A DNA stretch of 64,000 nt from positions 33,346-97,345 of IMG/VR virus record IMGVR_UViG_3300035661_000023; one strand, given 5' to 3'. The DNA comes from a virus. Of the stretch, positions 1 through 11,085 are shown in pieces (position 1 is the stretch's first letter; each line of letters starts with the position of its first letter). The notes beneath the pieces were generated by a model. It saw only the letters and a program-made list of their open reading frames with translations. It was not told the origin of the DNA and made no database searches. Position numbers and translations under genes: made by a program.

Positions 1-30
1 TACTCAGATCTATATATTCATCTCATTATT

Positions 31-279
31 TCACGCTAAGAATTCAATAATCTTTGCAGCGGGTTGATTACCAGTCATAGTACGGATAACTTGATCATTT
101 TCGTCTACAATCAACATAGTTGGGACTGAGCGTACACCGAATTTCATTGCAACATCAATCTGTGTATCAATATCGACCTTCTCCATAGAACGGACAAGTG
201 GGTGATCAATTTCATTCAGTGTCATTTGCAGGCCTGCGCACGGCTGACACCATGATGCACCTATCTTAACTAATTTCAT
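31..279 (-). CDS. Thioredoxin/glutaredoxin-like redoxin (probable RNR reductant)
   Basis: WCQPC active site and cis-Pro motif VRSVPT; next to nrdAB; TGA stop. Confidence 0.85.
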   Translation of the reverse strand: MKLVKIGASWCQPCAGLQMTLNEIDHPLVRSMEKVDIDTQIDVAMKFGVRSVPTMLIVDENDQVIRTMTGNQPAAKIIEFLA

Positions 280-443
280 ATTTCTTCTCCTTGATCATTG
301 GCAAGCTAATGCCGTTTGTTGAAAATTCATGAACTAATACACAATCTTTAGATGTGTATTTTCTTGCTTGACTACCTGTGAACTAGAATAGATGTCTCAT
401 CTTGGGTGGATTGAACTCTGGGATCAATCCCAGATTCTATTTC

Positions 444-2165
444 TTAGCTACAGGCAACACATTCCGTGATTTTAGATGCGGCAATACCAGACTTGCTGTA
501 AATGTAATACAGCCCGCGAATACCTTCATCAAGGAATGCTGCTTGATGTATTTCTGCGATCTTTTCCTCATCTTCTTCAGCCGAGCAGAATAAGTTCAGT
601 GATTGCCACTGATCGACAAATCTACCTCGAGCCGAAGCTAATCGAAGAACAGCCATCTGATCAATTTCAAACGCAGTCTTGAACACAGACTTCTCAAATG
701 TATCAAGCCATTCTACGTGCTGAACTGAACCAAATGCCTCTGTGACCTGAGCAATATTCTGCTTGGTGTACACACCCTTCTTCTTCATTAACTTCAGTAG
801 TGTGGGGTTGATTCGATCAACTTCACCTGCTGCTGTAGACTGAGTGAATGTCATAGCTGGATCAGGATTGATACCTTCAGAAATTCCACCCATAATCAGT
901 GCAGTTGATTTGGTTGGCGCAATTGCAATCCTATGAGTATTTCTGATACCAAAACCTTCACACCACTCGGGTTCACCAAGTTCAATAGCCATCTCTCGAG
1001 ATGCCCTCAGTGACTCATCATGGATATGTTTCGCAATCTCTTGTGACAACATGTGGGCTTCTAGACCTTCAAATGGCAACATTCTTTCCTGAAGAAGTGT
1101 GTGGAATCCACATTGGCCCAGACCGAGAGCACGACCTCTTACGGTAGCACGAACTGCAGATTCAAGACCTTTGATGTTCTGCGCGCGTTCAATGAACTCA
1201 GAAGCAACACAGTCCAAAAAGACCGTCATCCAGAAAATAGCATCTGAATTTTTGATCAGATCCCATTTCACCACATTGGCAGAAGATAGCACACAAGTGA
1301 AAGTATGTTCTTCTCCTTTGTATAATCCAGCGAATAAAGTAATTTCATCACACAAGTTTGAAGCCTTAACAGTAAGGCCAAATTTCTTATATGTTTCTGG
1401 ATTGTTTCGATTGATCTTATCAATGAAACAGAAGTATCCCTTCCCGGTCACCATCTTCAGTTTCAACACTTTACGGAAGCGGCGGATAGCTTCCTCATCA
1501 CCAGATTTGAGATTTTCGATATACTCATCGGTAATATTCCAGCCAATGTTTGCATCATCAGGCTCAGCTGCTACATAATCTGCAATCTCATCAAAGTCAC
1601 CATGATCGATAGGGAGATAACCAGCCCAGGCACCTCTTCGGGCAGTACCTTGCGCTACATTTCTCATGGTATGAATTCGATCTTTGAACACAGGAAGAAC
1701 ACCTGATGCCTTGCCGCCTACGGATATAGAAGTACCACGTGGGCGGATACTCCCCAAATAAGAACTGGTACCAAACCCATATTTTGTGAGCAGTGCGGTT
1801 TCGGTCAGATCAGAATAAAAACCATAGATGCTGTCTTCAATTGTGCCACCTGAACAACTCACCGGCATACCGCGAGTTGTCCCCATATTTGCCAGAACTG
1901 GGGTAGAAGGGCTCATCAGACCATCCCATAATAGAGAGAAGAACTTGGTTTCAGCCTGTGTTTCGTACTTAGTCCCTTTTAGATGTTTTGCAGCAGTCTT
2001 TGCAATCCTCTCGAACTGACCTCTGACACTTCTACCGCCGGTATCATACTCATACTTTTCCTTGAACAACTGATACCCACCAGATGTATACCATTCTGGT
2101 ACAAGATCTTCTTCTTGAAGGTGTTTTCGTTCTTCTGACAACTTTTCATAAATGCTAACCGACAT
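444..2165 (-). CDS. nrdA: Class I ribonucleotide reductase alpha subunit (short, no ATP-cone)
   Basis: SPSTPVLAN, VSC, ASNLCDE, IAIAPT, DQWQSLN, LYY and C-terminal CVAC motifs; no in-frame TAG; ATG at 2165 just after the nrdB stop. Confidence 0.95.
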   Translation of the reverse strand: MSVSIYEKLSEERKHLQEEDLVPEWYTSGGYQLFKEKYEYDTGGRSVRGQFERIAKTAAKHLKGTKYETQAETKFFSLLWDGLMSPSTPVLANMGTTRGMPVSCSGGTIEDSIYGFYSDLTETALLTKYGFGTSSYLGSIRPRGTSISVGGKASGVLPVFKDRIHTMRNVAQGTARRGAWAGYLPIDHGDFDEIADYVAAEPDDANIGWNITDEYIENLKSGDEEAIRRFRKVLKLKMVTGKGYFCFIDKINRNNPETYKKFGLTVKASNLCDEITLFAGLYKGEEHTFTCVLSSANVVKWDLIKNSDAIFWMTVFLDCVASEFIERAQNIKGLESAVRATVRGRALGLGQCGFHTLLQERMLPFEGLEAHMLSQEIAKHIHDESLRASREMAIELGEPEWCEGFGIRNTHRIAIAPTKSTALIMGGISEGINPDPAMTFTQSTAAGEVDRINPTLLKLMKKKGVYTKQNIAQVTEAFGSVQHVEWLDTFEKSVFKTAFEIDQMAVLRLASARGRFVDQWQSLNLFCSAEEDEEKIAEIHQAAFLDEGIRGLYYIYSKSGIAASKITECVACS

Positions 2166-2167
2166 AT

Positions 2168-3130
2168 TCAAACCTTCCAAACAAATTTAGACTCATCCCA
2201 ATCTCTAGCATATTCCCTCTACATCCCCTAAAAGAAATCATTGAAAGTGTAATCGTTGATTGCTTTATAGAACCACTCAGAGATAGGATCATATGTTACT
2301 TCAAACGGTGGTTGGAAACCGAGCTGTTTGAAGCACTCATTGATTCTTGATTTAACAAAATTCTTCAATTGTTTGGCAGTAATTCCATCCTGTGTGCCCT
2401 TCTCAAACACCATATCAATGATTTCATCTTCATGTTCGAAGATCTTTAGGGCTGCGGTGGTAATTTTACATTTCAATGATTCCCATTGTTCTGCATTCAG
2501 ACCAGCATTTTTTGCCTTGACCTTAAACGCGTAAGCAGAAGCAAGTGCATGCAGATTTTCATCGCGCAGAGAGAAATTGATACCGCGAACTACATTCAAT
2601 AGTTTATTCTTGCCCTGCTACTGGAAGTGTTTCAAGTAAGCAAATGCGGAATAAAGAATAACACCTTCTACCATAGAGAATGTAGCAAGAGCAGCGAGTT
2701 CATCTTCTTCTGAAATGATCTGTGCGATATGCTCCATACGTTCTTTTAGCACTGGGTTATCAAGATACTACATGTAAAAGTTTTCGTCATCCAAATGCAG
2801 AAGTTGATTGATCTTATTATAAAAGGGTCCATGTACTGCAAGTTCGAACATAGCAAATGTGGAAGCCATCCGGTGCCATTCTACACCATCAAACATTCCC
2901 TTGAATCTGCCTCCCCACCATTCGTCCCCTGCATGTGTCTCATACAGAGAGAACAATTTCAGTGTAGTGATTACCCCATGTTTTTCTGCCGGTGTGAAAT
3001 TCACCAACACATCTTGAATATCTTTTTCTACATTTACTTCTTCTGGTAACCAAAATATCTTTAGTTGTTTATCCGTAAACTCTTGTGGTACTGGATCTTT
3101 ATCAATCGGGATTAAGTGTTTTGCTAGCAT
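2168..3130 (-). CDS. nrdB: Class I ribonucleotide reductase beta subunit, 320 aa with 4 in-frame TAG (2768, 2618, 2228, 2219)
   Basis: FWLPEE, ELAVH, VEGVILYS, RDENLH and NDFF motifs all in one frame; only TAG interrupts; ends TGA. Confidence 0.93.
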
Positions 3131-3136
3131 TTTTCC

Positions 3137-3532
3137 TCAGTGTGAGTAAGTTGGTTTTTGTTTGTCATAATAATGTGTGTCAATATCTTCAGTCATCAAT
3201 TTGATAATGTCATTCCAATTAACATCTTCAAGTTCATTCATATCTTCATCATATACAGTCCCATAGGCACAAATATCTGATATAAAGAAACCAGTGTTAG
3301 TTAACTTGCCAATAAATTCTGCGACATCATACAACTCATTACAAACAGCACCTGTTCTGATAGTAAAACCCGCTTCTACTTTCTTTTCTGTGTGATTCCT
3401 AATCATGAACCTGATTATAGGGACATAAAATGTATCAGTATCCTATACTACTTTAATACAATCAATTGCTAGTAGATCGAATTGATCTTCTATAACAGGA
3501 AAACAAGAAAAGAGTTTTACATAATCAATCAT
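3137..3532 (-). CDS. Hypothetical protein (1 TAG at 3443)
   Basis: ATG at 3532 abuts the primase stop; frame continuous through TAG into ORF 3137-3406. Confidence 0.6.
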
Positions 3533-3534
3533 TT

Positions 3535-4554
3535 TTAGAATTTCTTTCTATGATTGATTTCAAGTTTAGCTTTAAGCCCTGTGGTCACATTCTGCATTAT
3601 AATTTCCATCAATTTCTGTTTAGACAAATTACCTTTGACAACACAATCATTTATATCTTTCCACGGAATAGATTCTGGCATCAGAGATACACGGAACCCA
3701 TCATCAACAATCCTCTCCAATGATTTATATACCTGCTTATTTCTTTTCCAATCAGAATCTGGTATTACTATAATCTTTTCTCTATTTTGTTCTAGGAATG
3801 GAAGACTGAAGTCACCTCCATTTACTGCTATGCAATTATCCAGAAACAATGAATCGATCTGACCTTCGACTGCCAGAATATCTTTGTTCATGTCTAATTT
3901 CCATAGCCCGTAAATTTTTGGTCTTGCTTTATCAACCATTACCGTGACATATTTTGGTTGTTCTTTTCCAAATGAACGACCCGAATAGCAAATAACAGAT
4001 CCATCTGAATCATAAAAGGGGAATACTAATCTTGGATGGGGACTATTTAACTTTTCAAAAACCTCATCATACTTCGCTGCAAATTTGTAGAAGTTCTTGG
4101 CGATGCTGATATCCTACCAGAATTCTCTTGGGATTCTTCGGGACGTCACATATTGTATCACAGAACTGGATTCTTGTAGCTTTGTTAGCGGAATCAAATC
4201 TTTATCCAGATCTATGTGCTTTGGTTCAGGTTTTTTGACAATAGAAGTGAACAGTGGCTTCGGTGTAGTAAACCCACCCTTAGAATCTTTGAACTTCTCC
4301 ATCCTATACTCTTGAAATAGATTTGGATCTTCTTGTTTCAAGAAATTGCCGAATGAACTTGAAGCCGAACAGTGGTAGCAATGAAACATCATACCATCAT
4401 CCATCTGGTAGAAGTTTCCTCTAGCTTGAACTCTGCTTTTACTGAAGTCTTCGCATGAATGAGAAAAAGCATAAACATTCCCCCTCTTCTGTTTGAAGTT
4501 TGGGAGTCTGCCGCCTAGTAGTTTGGAGTATTTTAGGTCAATGTAGTAGCTCAT
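3535..4554 (-). CDS. gp61: T4 gp61-like DNA primase, 339 aa (1 TAG at 4114)
   Basis: Zn-binding region (FHCYHC), YVTSRRIP, PRLVFPF, SGRSF, VEGQIDSLF and WKDIND; length close to T4 gp61 only with read-through. Confidence 0.93.
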
Positions 4555-4619
4555 AATGAGTACTATATCATAAAAACAAGGGAAGAACGCGGGAAACTTA
4601 AAAAACTGTGTTTTCTATC

Positions 4620-4860
4620 AAAAAGGTAAGGGATACCCCTTAGTACGCAAAAAACGATCAAAAAAGTGTATATAGATCAATCACTTAGCTGTGTGTTTTT
4701 ACAGTTCTAAACAATTTTCTAGAGATTTCTCTAGTGATTTCCTGGGATTCCCTCTGGTGTGAAAAATATTTTGCTAAGAGGGGTTTACATCGGAATCGTT
4801 CAATATACAATCATATTAAAAGGATAATCTTAGTTGCCCCCACCGCTCGGTTGTAATGTA
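4620..4860. repeat. Non-coding element A, inverted partner of element B at 46215-46489
   Basis: 4800-4860 is the exact reverse complement of 46215-46275; 4620-4637 and 4695-4716 also match B inverted; 39-bp core 4656-4694 matches B in direct orientation. Confidence 0.9.
4783..4811 (+). promoter_or_regulatory. T4 early-like promoter GTTTAC-N17-TACAAT, firing against the gene flow
   Basis: Both boxes are conserved in element B while 9 nt of the spacer diverge. Confidence 0.6.
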
Positions 4861-4866
4861 ACTATA

Positions 4867-5004
4867 TTAGACTAAGGTCTTTAACTTTGGTGGATCTTGC
4901 ATCAGATCAGGTGGTGGCAATGGAAACTTTTGTTTTTCTGCAACTGGTACTGTGCTGCACCCAGCAAATAATAGAACACACAACGATGCTAAAATGAATT
5001 TCAT
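4867..5004 (-). CDS. Outer-membrane spanin (Rz1-like lipoprotein), 45 aa
   Basis: MKFILASLCVLLFAGC lipobox followed by Pro-rich FPLPPPDLMQDPPKL; overlaps the end of the i-spanin; too short for the ORF track. Confidence 0.8.
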   Translation of the reverse strand: MKFILASLCVLLFAGCSTVPVAEKQKFPLPPPDLMQDPPKLKTLV

Positions 5005-5567
5005 TTGTTTTCGTTCCATAATTTTTCTTGTCTGCGGACCCACTCTTGAAGAGACTTAAGTTGCTGAGCAGTTCTTTGGCAAGTTGAGTAATTCTCTTTC
5101 ACGACCGAACTCACATCACTAAGTTTTATATCAGATGGTGTGGTGTCTGTTTCTTCAGGTGAGATGAGAACTTGATTTACAACTGAATCATGTAATCTCA
5201 CAAACCCAGTGTTGATAGTACAAGCAGAATCATCCTTCACAGTAACAAATTTAGTCACAACTTGTTGTTGCACTCTATCTATATATCTAATCTCTGGATA
5301 AAATTCTGTAAGAATCTGGGTGTTGATATAAGCAGATTGCGCTTGAAGAGAAGCAATTTCTAATCTAGCAGCAGACATTTTGATTTCCCAATCAAGTCTT
5401 TCCTATTCTTTTCCCTTAAAGAATAAACCAAGACTAATTAGCAAAACACCAATGAACTGACCAATAATCTTGTATTGACCAATTGGCAGAATATATGAAG
5501 CTAGAAATAATACTGATCCAATAATCAATATTGAAAAACTATACTAGATAATAAAAGATTCAATCAT
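5001..5567 (-). CDS. Inner-membrane spanin (Rz-like), 188 aa (2 TAG)
   Basis: N-terminal TM helices recovered only by TAG read-through; C-terminal ENYSTC...QLKSLQEWVR; adjacent o-spanin. Confidence 0.8.
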
Positions 5568-6319
5568 AGGTCTACAATTTCAATTTCATCATAAATGGTA
5601 TAAAATGATTCTGCTAATTGTTTTGGCTTGCGTTTGATGTTTGCCCAATTACCAGAACCTTTTCTAGAATATCTGATACCTTTCAGTGTTCCCTTTGAAT
5701 CTTTAAGAACGATAATACCCGTTGGATTCTTTTTGGCGAAATCATATATCTCTTTGTGACTGTTATCTTCCAAATTCAGATACTGATTCCATCTACGATA
5801 TTTAGCCTTGCCTTTGCTAAATTTTCCGAATGTGTCATCATCAACTTGGAATTCAGCAAATCTTCTAACGATCTTGGATTTCTTGACTGGAGTATCGGTA
5901 GCGACACCAGCACCTGTTGAGTTAGCAGGCGCGTCTTCTGAGAGTGCTTCAAATGCATCTTCTACCAAGTCGCGTTCTTCAAAAGGAAGATTCCAGACTC
6001 TATCAAAGTTCTCACGGAAGTGAATCAGAGCTTGATCCTCAGAATGTTGTGCTTCAACAGATTCACGTACTAGAAGATATGCTGCAGCTAAAGAACCAAT
6101 TCTAGTCTTGCCACCTGGTACTAGAGCAAACACTTTCTTGATGTTCCATACCAGGCGATGTAGCATGCTGGTAGAATTCTTTTCTTCAGGTGTTTTCGCA
6201 TTCTTTAGTTTATTCCCATTTGCATCAATTAAACCATACTTAAATGCATCAGTCTTTTCAAATGGGACTGTTAGCAAGTAAATTATGCGAAGGGCTATGA
6301 GGTTGTCTACGATGCGCAC
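5564..6319 (-). CDS. Conserved T4-superfamily protein, probably virion/head associated
   Basis: PFEKTDAFKYGLIDANG and EDAPANSTG motifs recalled from T4-like phages. Confidence 0.6.
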   Translation of the reverse strand: MRIVDNLIALRIIYLLTVPFEKTDAFKYGLIDANGNKLKNAKTPEEKNSTSMLHRLVWNIKKVFALVPGGKTRIGSLAAAYLLVRESVEAQHSEDQALIHFRENFDRVWNLPFEERDLVEDAFEALSEDAPANSTGAGVATDTPVKKSKIVRRFAEFQVDDDTFGKFSKGKAKYRRWNQYLNLEDNSHKEIYDFAKKNPTGIIVLKDSKGTLKGIRYSRKGSGNWANIKRKPKQLAESFYTIYDEIEIVDL

Positions 6320-6322
6320 TTA

Positions 6323-6688
6323 TTATTCCCAGAGATTTGTTTTGTTATCACCATTATATCTTTTGGCAAGATTGAGTGAAATTAATTGTTCATTTATCGT
6401 AGTTGCATTGCCATCTAGATTAATATCCGCCAGCCATCTTCCATACTTATCTGTCTTTGTCTACTGTATCACAACACTCTTATTCAAAATTTGATCAATA
6501 AGAAATTGTTTTGCTTGTTTTGCTATTGCTTGAATTGCTTCATTTTTAGAATTAATTTCCGGAGTGTCAATCCCATTTAATCTAAATCTGATTTTTGTTG
6601 ATACATTGAATCCAAGATCTACTACTGCATCAACAGTATCACCATCAACTATATTAGTAATAGTTGCATTATAGACATATCTAATCAT
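6323..6688 (-). CDS. Thermonuclease (SNase-like), 121 aa (1 TAG at 6461)
   Basis: VDGDTVD, RLNGIDTPE and, after the TAG, DKYGRWLA. Confidence 0.88.
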
Positions 6689-7059
6689 AACTTCCTCAAC
6701 TTTTCTATGATTACTTGATCTAGACTTATATCACTGATTGGATATTTCCCCGAAATAAGATAATCTTCTGGGAGTCTGTTCAAGAAAATTAAATATGGAA
6801 TTAAAGTTCCCCATTGATGATCTTCAATTTTATAGAAGAGCATATCTAGTGTAGCATTACCAAAAATGTTTAAACAAATAACTAGATGGTTCAGAACTAA
6901 TCTCTCATTGCTAGCCCCCGAACCATCTAGATACTTATTGAATATCTTTTTAATATGAGAAAATCTATCAATGTCCTATTTGAACTCATCCACAGATATG
7001 CATTGTGGATTATCATATGAGTGCAAAGCAAGTTGTAGAAAGATTTTCTCATTCATCAT
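6685..7059 (-). CDS. Conserved T4-like hypothetical protein (1 TAG at 6976)
   Basis: YDNPQC..DEF, NERLVLNHL and MLFYKI motifs typical of a small core gene near the primase; absent from the ORF track. Confidence 0.7.
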
Positions 7060-7077
7060 ACACAGATTGAATTAGAA

Positions 7078-7650
7078 TCAAGCAACGATTAGTTTAGCAC
7101 CATTAGATGTGACCTGAGCAGTACCGCCGGCATTAGTAACCACACAACGATACTCGACACCATTCAGACCTGTAGAGTTAGAGATATTCAATGTGTTGGT
7201 AGTAGCCGTAGAATACACACCACCATTAGCAATATCAACATATGATGCTGCGCCAGTCTTTTGTTGCCACTGATATGTAGCACCAGCAGGCACAGAAACA
7301 ACCACAGCAAATGTTGCCGCAGCAGGAGCTGTTACACTTGCTGTACTTGGTTGTGAGGTAATAGCAAACTCAACATCAGCAACAACAAAGTCATCAGCAG
7401 CATCGCCGGACTTAGAATTGAGAGCTGTAGAATTAGTCAGAGAAACCAAGCACTCAACATATGTACGCTGATTGCCACCGGCTTCATCTTTAGTCTTGAT
7501 TAGATACCAACCTGGTCCTTTGATGCCTTTTGTCTTGTTAGAAGTCAGTGCTGCTTCTTCAGAAGAGACGAAGAATGCCTTTGCTTTATCAGCAGTGGGC
7601 AACCACTTTGGTTTAGAGATTTCTGCATCTGTTATGCCGAATAGTGCCAT
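7078..7650 (-). CDS. Virion protein with C-terminal Ig-like domain
   Basis: ITSQP...TYQWQ...YRCVVT I-set pattern; TAAATA late promoter upstream (~7678). Confidence 0.75.
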   Translation of the reverse strand: MALFGITDAEISKPKWLPTADKAKAFFVSSEEAALTSNKTKGIKGPGWYLIKTKDEAGGNQRTYVECLVSLTNSTALNSKSGDAADDFVVADVEFAITSQPSTASVTAPAAATFAVVVSVPAGATYQWQQKTGAASYVDIANGGVYSTATTNTLNISNSTGLNGVEYRCVVTNAGGTAQVTSNGAKLIVA

Positions 7651-7694
7651 TTTGTTTCCTTAAGTTAATTGTTTGTTATTTATTAGTGATCTGA

Positions 7695-8855
7695 TTATTC
7701 TTTGATCAGATTTCCAGAGAGTTTAGCTGCATACCTAGCAATCTTTGAATCTACAGATTCATTTGCTTCTTTGGATTCTTTAGTCAGACGATCAGTAGCC
7801 TTAGCGACACCCTTCAGACGCTTAGTAGAAGTTTCTGTAGCATCATATGAAGCCTTGTGCATAGTATCTGCATATCCTTCTCTGCGCTTTGCATTCTCCG
7901 GTTCGCCTGCTTTTCTATAGTATTCAGCATCTGCTCGTGCTTCTTTTTCATGATTGTTATTGTGCATTGCAGCAGTTGCATTTACAGTAGAAGAACCAGC
8001 AGCTTTCTTGATGTATGAACCCAGAGTTTTCTTGCTCAGTTCATCCAGAGATTGATATTCTTCATCCAACATGAATTCAACGATAGAGTTGAGTGACTGA
8101 CCTTCGGTGATATCTGCCCAATCTTCTTCGTCTAGTCCCACTGATTCATTCATAGCCTTGCGAGCTTTATCTACTGAACCACCTGGAATTGATTGACCAT
8201 GATGATCAACATGACGAATTGTATATCGTCCACGGAACATTTCCTCACCTTGAGCATGTGCTGCATCGGATGCCGCTTTATATCCATCATCTGTTGACAG
8301 ATTTACACCATTTTGTCCGTGGGTAAATGTTGGTGCTTTGCCAAGCAGATCTTTGTCAGTCCCGCGAGTAGGTCTTACTTCCAAAGAATTTAGCATTGCT
8401 TTGTAAGTTTTAGCTTCTTCTAGTTCTTCGGACTCATTAGTGCCAGCCAGCTTAGCGGCTTTACGAGCAGCTAACTTAGCCTTCATACTAGCTTTAGCCT
8501 CATCAGACCAACCCTTACCAGTAACACCAGAACCATTCTTGTTCAGAGCACCAGCAGGGCGCCCACGACCACGCTTGACTGCTGGTTCGGCAGCAACTGT
8601 GGACTTGGCTGCTTTGCCAGAATCTTCATCATCTGGTAGCACTTTTGAATATACACGACCTGTTGAGGTTTTCTTTTCCTTGTGTCCGGTCATAGTATAG
8701 TCGGTGTTAACAGCAGAGCGCTTGACCTTCTTAGGTTCATCTGCAGGTACACCTTTACCGTACTTGCTCAGTGTTTTTCCGATAGAACCGAAGTCCATCT
8801 CGTCAACCTGATCTTCTTCTAAGCTAGTACCAAATTTGATTTCTGATTTTGACAT
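7695..8855 (-). CDS. Putative internal head protein with AT-hook
   Basis: KRGRGRP AT-hook; LEE/LDE/NES gp21-type cleavage-like motifs; LDELSKKTLGSY module. Confidence 0.55.
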   Translation of the reverse strand: MSKSEIKFGTSLEEDQVDEMDFGSIGKTLSKYGKGVPADEPKKVKRSAVNTDYTMTGHKEKKTSTGRVYSKVLPDDEDSGKAAKSTVAAEPAVKRGRGRPAGALNKNGSGVTGKGWSDEAKASMKAKLAARKAAKLAGTNESEELEEAKTYKAMLNSLEVRPTRGTDKDLLGKAPTFTHGQNGVNLSTDDGYKAASDAAHAQGEEMFRGRYTIRHVDHHGQSIPGGSVDKARKAMNESVGLDEEDWADITEGQSLNSIVEFMLDEEYQSLDELSKKTLGSYIKKAAGSSTVNATAAMHNNNHEKEARADAEYYRKAGEPENAKRREGYADTMHKASYDATETSTKRLKGVAKATDRLTKESKEANESVDSKIARYAAKLSGNLIKE

Positions 8856-8898
8856 TGTTAAAACTCTCCTATATTCTTTTATTTAATCTTCACCGGAA

Positions 8899-9681
8899 TT
8901 AAGAACCAATGGTCATTCTGTGTGCTGGATATAATCTACCATCAGCCCCTACCTTCTTATCAGCCGAAGCAATCTCACCTTCTTTCATAGCAGAGTATCT
9001 ACCTGTGGAAATAAGTTGCTGTGCTCTCATGGATGAACCAACTGAATCATGAGTATGCCAAGTTCCATCCGATTTCTTGGATTGGATGACGAACTCACGT
9101 CCTGCTTTACGGCTCAGTACTTGATATTCCTTACCGTCTTTTTCTTTAGAGGAATGTACAACAGTTGCTTCATCAACTTCATGTACAATCTCTTCGGATT
9201 CTGTAACACCCCAGCGTTGCCCAGCTTTCTTGTAGGAAGATTTTGCAGTAGCCTTAGTAATACCATCTTGTCTCTTACCGGACTTGTCTAGCAATTCCAT
9301 AGCACGAGTTAGATTCTTAGATCTACCAGCTTTGTTCATCAGTGCTGAACTGGATTTCTTAGCCTTCTCTGCATATGAATCCAGAGTACCTGTAGACAAT
9401 TCATTGACGGTTGCTTCACGCTTGAACTTTACAGTATGAGCATTACCGGTCGACTTGCTAAGTTCTTCTGCCTTTTTCTTAGCTGCAATTTCACTATATG
9501 CAACATGAACCTGCTTGCCTTTGTGGTCAACTACAGTGAACGATTCACCAAGTTCTGATACAATCTCTGCAGATTCATCAAGTTTGCGCTTGCAAAGTTT
9601 CTTTACTGTAGCCAAAGCCTTAGTCTTATATGACTGAATGGTGTCGGTTGATAATTTATTGGTATGCATAACTTCTTTCAT
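8899..9681 (-). CDS. Putative internal head protein
   Basis: NKLSTDTIQSY and NELSTGTLDSY modules shared with the neighbour; charged composition. Confidence 0.55.
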   Translation of the reverse strand: MKEVMHTNKLSTDTIQSYKTKALATVKKLCKRKLDESAEIVSELGESFTVVDHKGKQVHVAYSEIAAKKKAEELSKSTGNAHTVKFKREATVNELSTGTLDSYAEKAKKSSSALMNKAGRSKNLTRAMELLDKSGKRQDGITKATAKSSYKKAGQRWGVTESEEIVHEVDEATVVHSSKEKDGKEYQVLSRKAGREFVIQSKKSDGTWHTHDSVGSSMRAQQLISTGRYSAMKEGEIASADKKVGADGRLYPAHRMTIGS

Positions 9682-9682
9682 A

Positions 9683-10747
9683 TTATCGTGATAGACGTTC
9701 TTTTTCCACTTGTCTGACAAGTGGAACTAATTTCATAGCCATTCTATCAATGACATTCTTTCTGCGTTTGATAATACGCTCAATGCGTTCCTTTTCACCC
9801 GAGGAAAGTTGGTCCAATGGCTTCTTTGCTAATTTCTTTTCCATGGCTTTTACAGCCAGTTTTCTTGCTCTATGATTCAGCGTAGCACCACTTGAATGCT
9901 TCTTCAGGGCAATCTTCAATTTAGCTTGAAGTTTATTCTTGTTTTTTGCCATTCGGATTCTTGCTTTAAGTCTCTCCGAACGGGATAATACTTCATTCAG
10001 TTCTGATTCATCGATAGACTCTTCCAAATGATTCCCTTTTTCATCATAGATTCCAAACTCTTCATCATCATATGTGGAAAGAATATCTTCATGATCTAAA
10101 TCTGCAATCATGGCATCCAACTCTTGATCCGAAAATTCATCATCATCTACTTGTTTCTTTTCCTCTGTGACGATAATCTTTACTTTAGGAGAAGCGACAA
10201 CATCAATGCCGGCAGATTCTGCCAGTTTTAACATCTCATCTACCAGTGCTGCGTTCTCTGCCGACATTTCACCTGCACTAGCAATTGCATTCTCAATAAC
10301 TTGTGTGGGTGTTTCACCGGCAACAGACTTATATCCGAGTGACTGTGCAATAATAGATGCCGCTTGTGTTTTTCGTGTCAGATCTTCATTTACTTGCTTC
10401 TTGACTGTAATCTTGGCAACTTTCACCTATTCCTTAACAGGAAGAACAGGTTTCTGTTTTGTTGCGATCTCAATACAAGGTTCAAATGTGATAGATTCTT
10501 GCAGAGGTGTGTAGATCTTATTATCAATCACTACTTCTAGCCTAACTGGATAATTGCCAGCAGATAGAATATTCTTTAGTACTGGAATTTCTACTTCGGT
10601 AGATTCGTTAACATTTCTACATGGTAGCATAATGCTGAAATCTTTGCCCTCTATAATGAATCTTGCCATGGGCTGAGATTCTGCTCCAGTTACTGAAACA
10701 CCAAATTCTAACTTGGTACTTTCGTCTAATTTTAGTTGTGTGATCAT
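9683..10747 (-). CDS. Putative head/prohead-core-associated protein, 354 aa (1 TAG at 10427)
   Basis: Two abutting in-frame ORFs joined by one TAG; acidic region then LNEVLSRSER and a basic C-terminus. Confidence 0.65.
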
Positions 10748-10773
10748 GTTAAGTCCATCAAGAATGAATTGAA

Positions 10774-11085
10774 TTATTTATTATTTGTGTATGCATTAAT
10801 AGCAGTTTCTGCAATTTTTGCCCCTGACCAAATTCCCAGATAAGACAAGAACATCCAAGTATCAATTGTATTGTTCTTTAGTACAATGTACATGACGACC
10901 CAAGTGCTTACTGCTAATGATACGAATATTGCCATACGAAATGCAGATGGTTTTCCTGAATCATCTCTGAGCATATCTTCGAATTCGAAATTGTTGTCTG
11001 GGTCCTTTTGTACGCGATAGAGTACCCAGCCACCCATCATGAAAATGAGTAACATCACAATTGACGCTATATCAAAGCTATCCAT
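10774..11085 (-). CDS. Small three-TM membrane protein (holin-like candidate)
   Basis: Three hydrophobic segments; DDSGKPSAFR motif. Confidence 0.5.
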   Translation of the reverse strand: MDSFDIASIVMLLIFMMGGWVLYRVQKDPDNNFEFEDMLRDDSGKPSAFRMAIFVSLAVSTWVVMYIVLKNNTIDTWMFLSYLGIWSGAKIAETAINAYTNNK

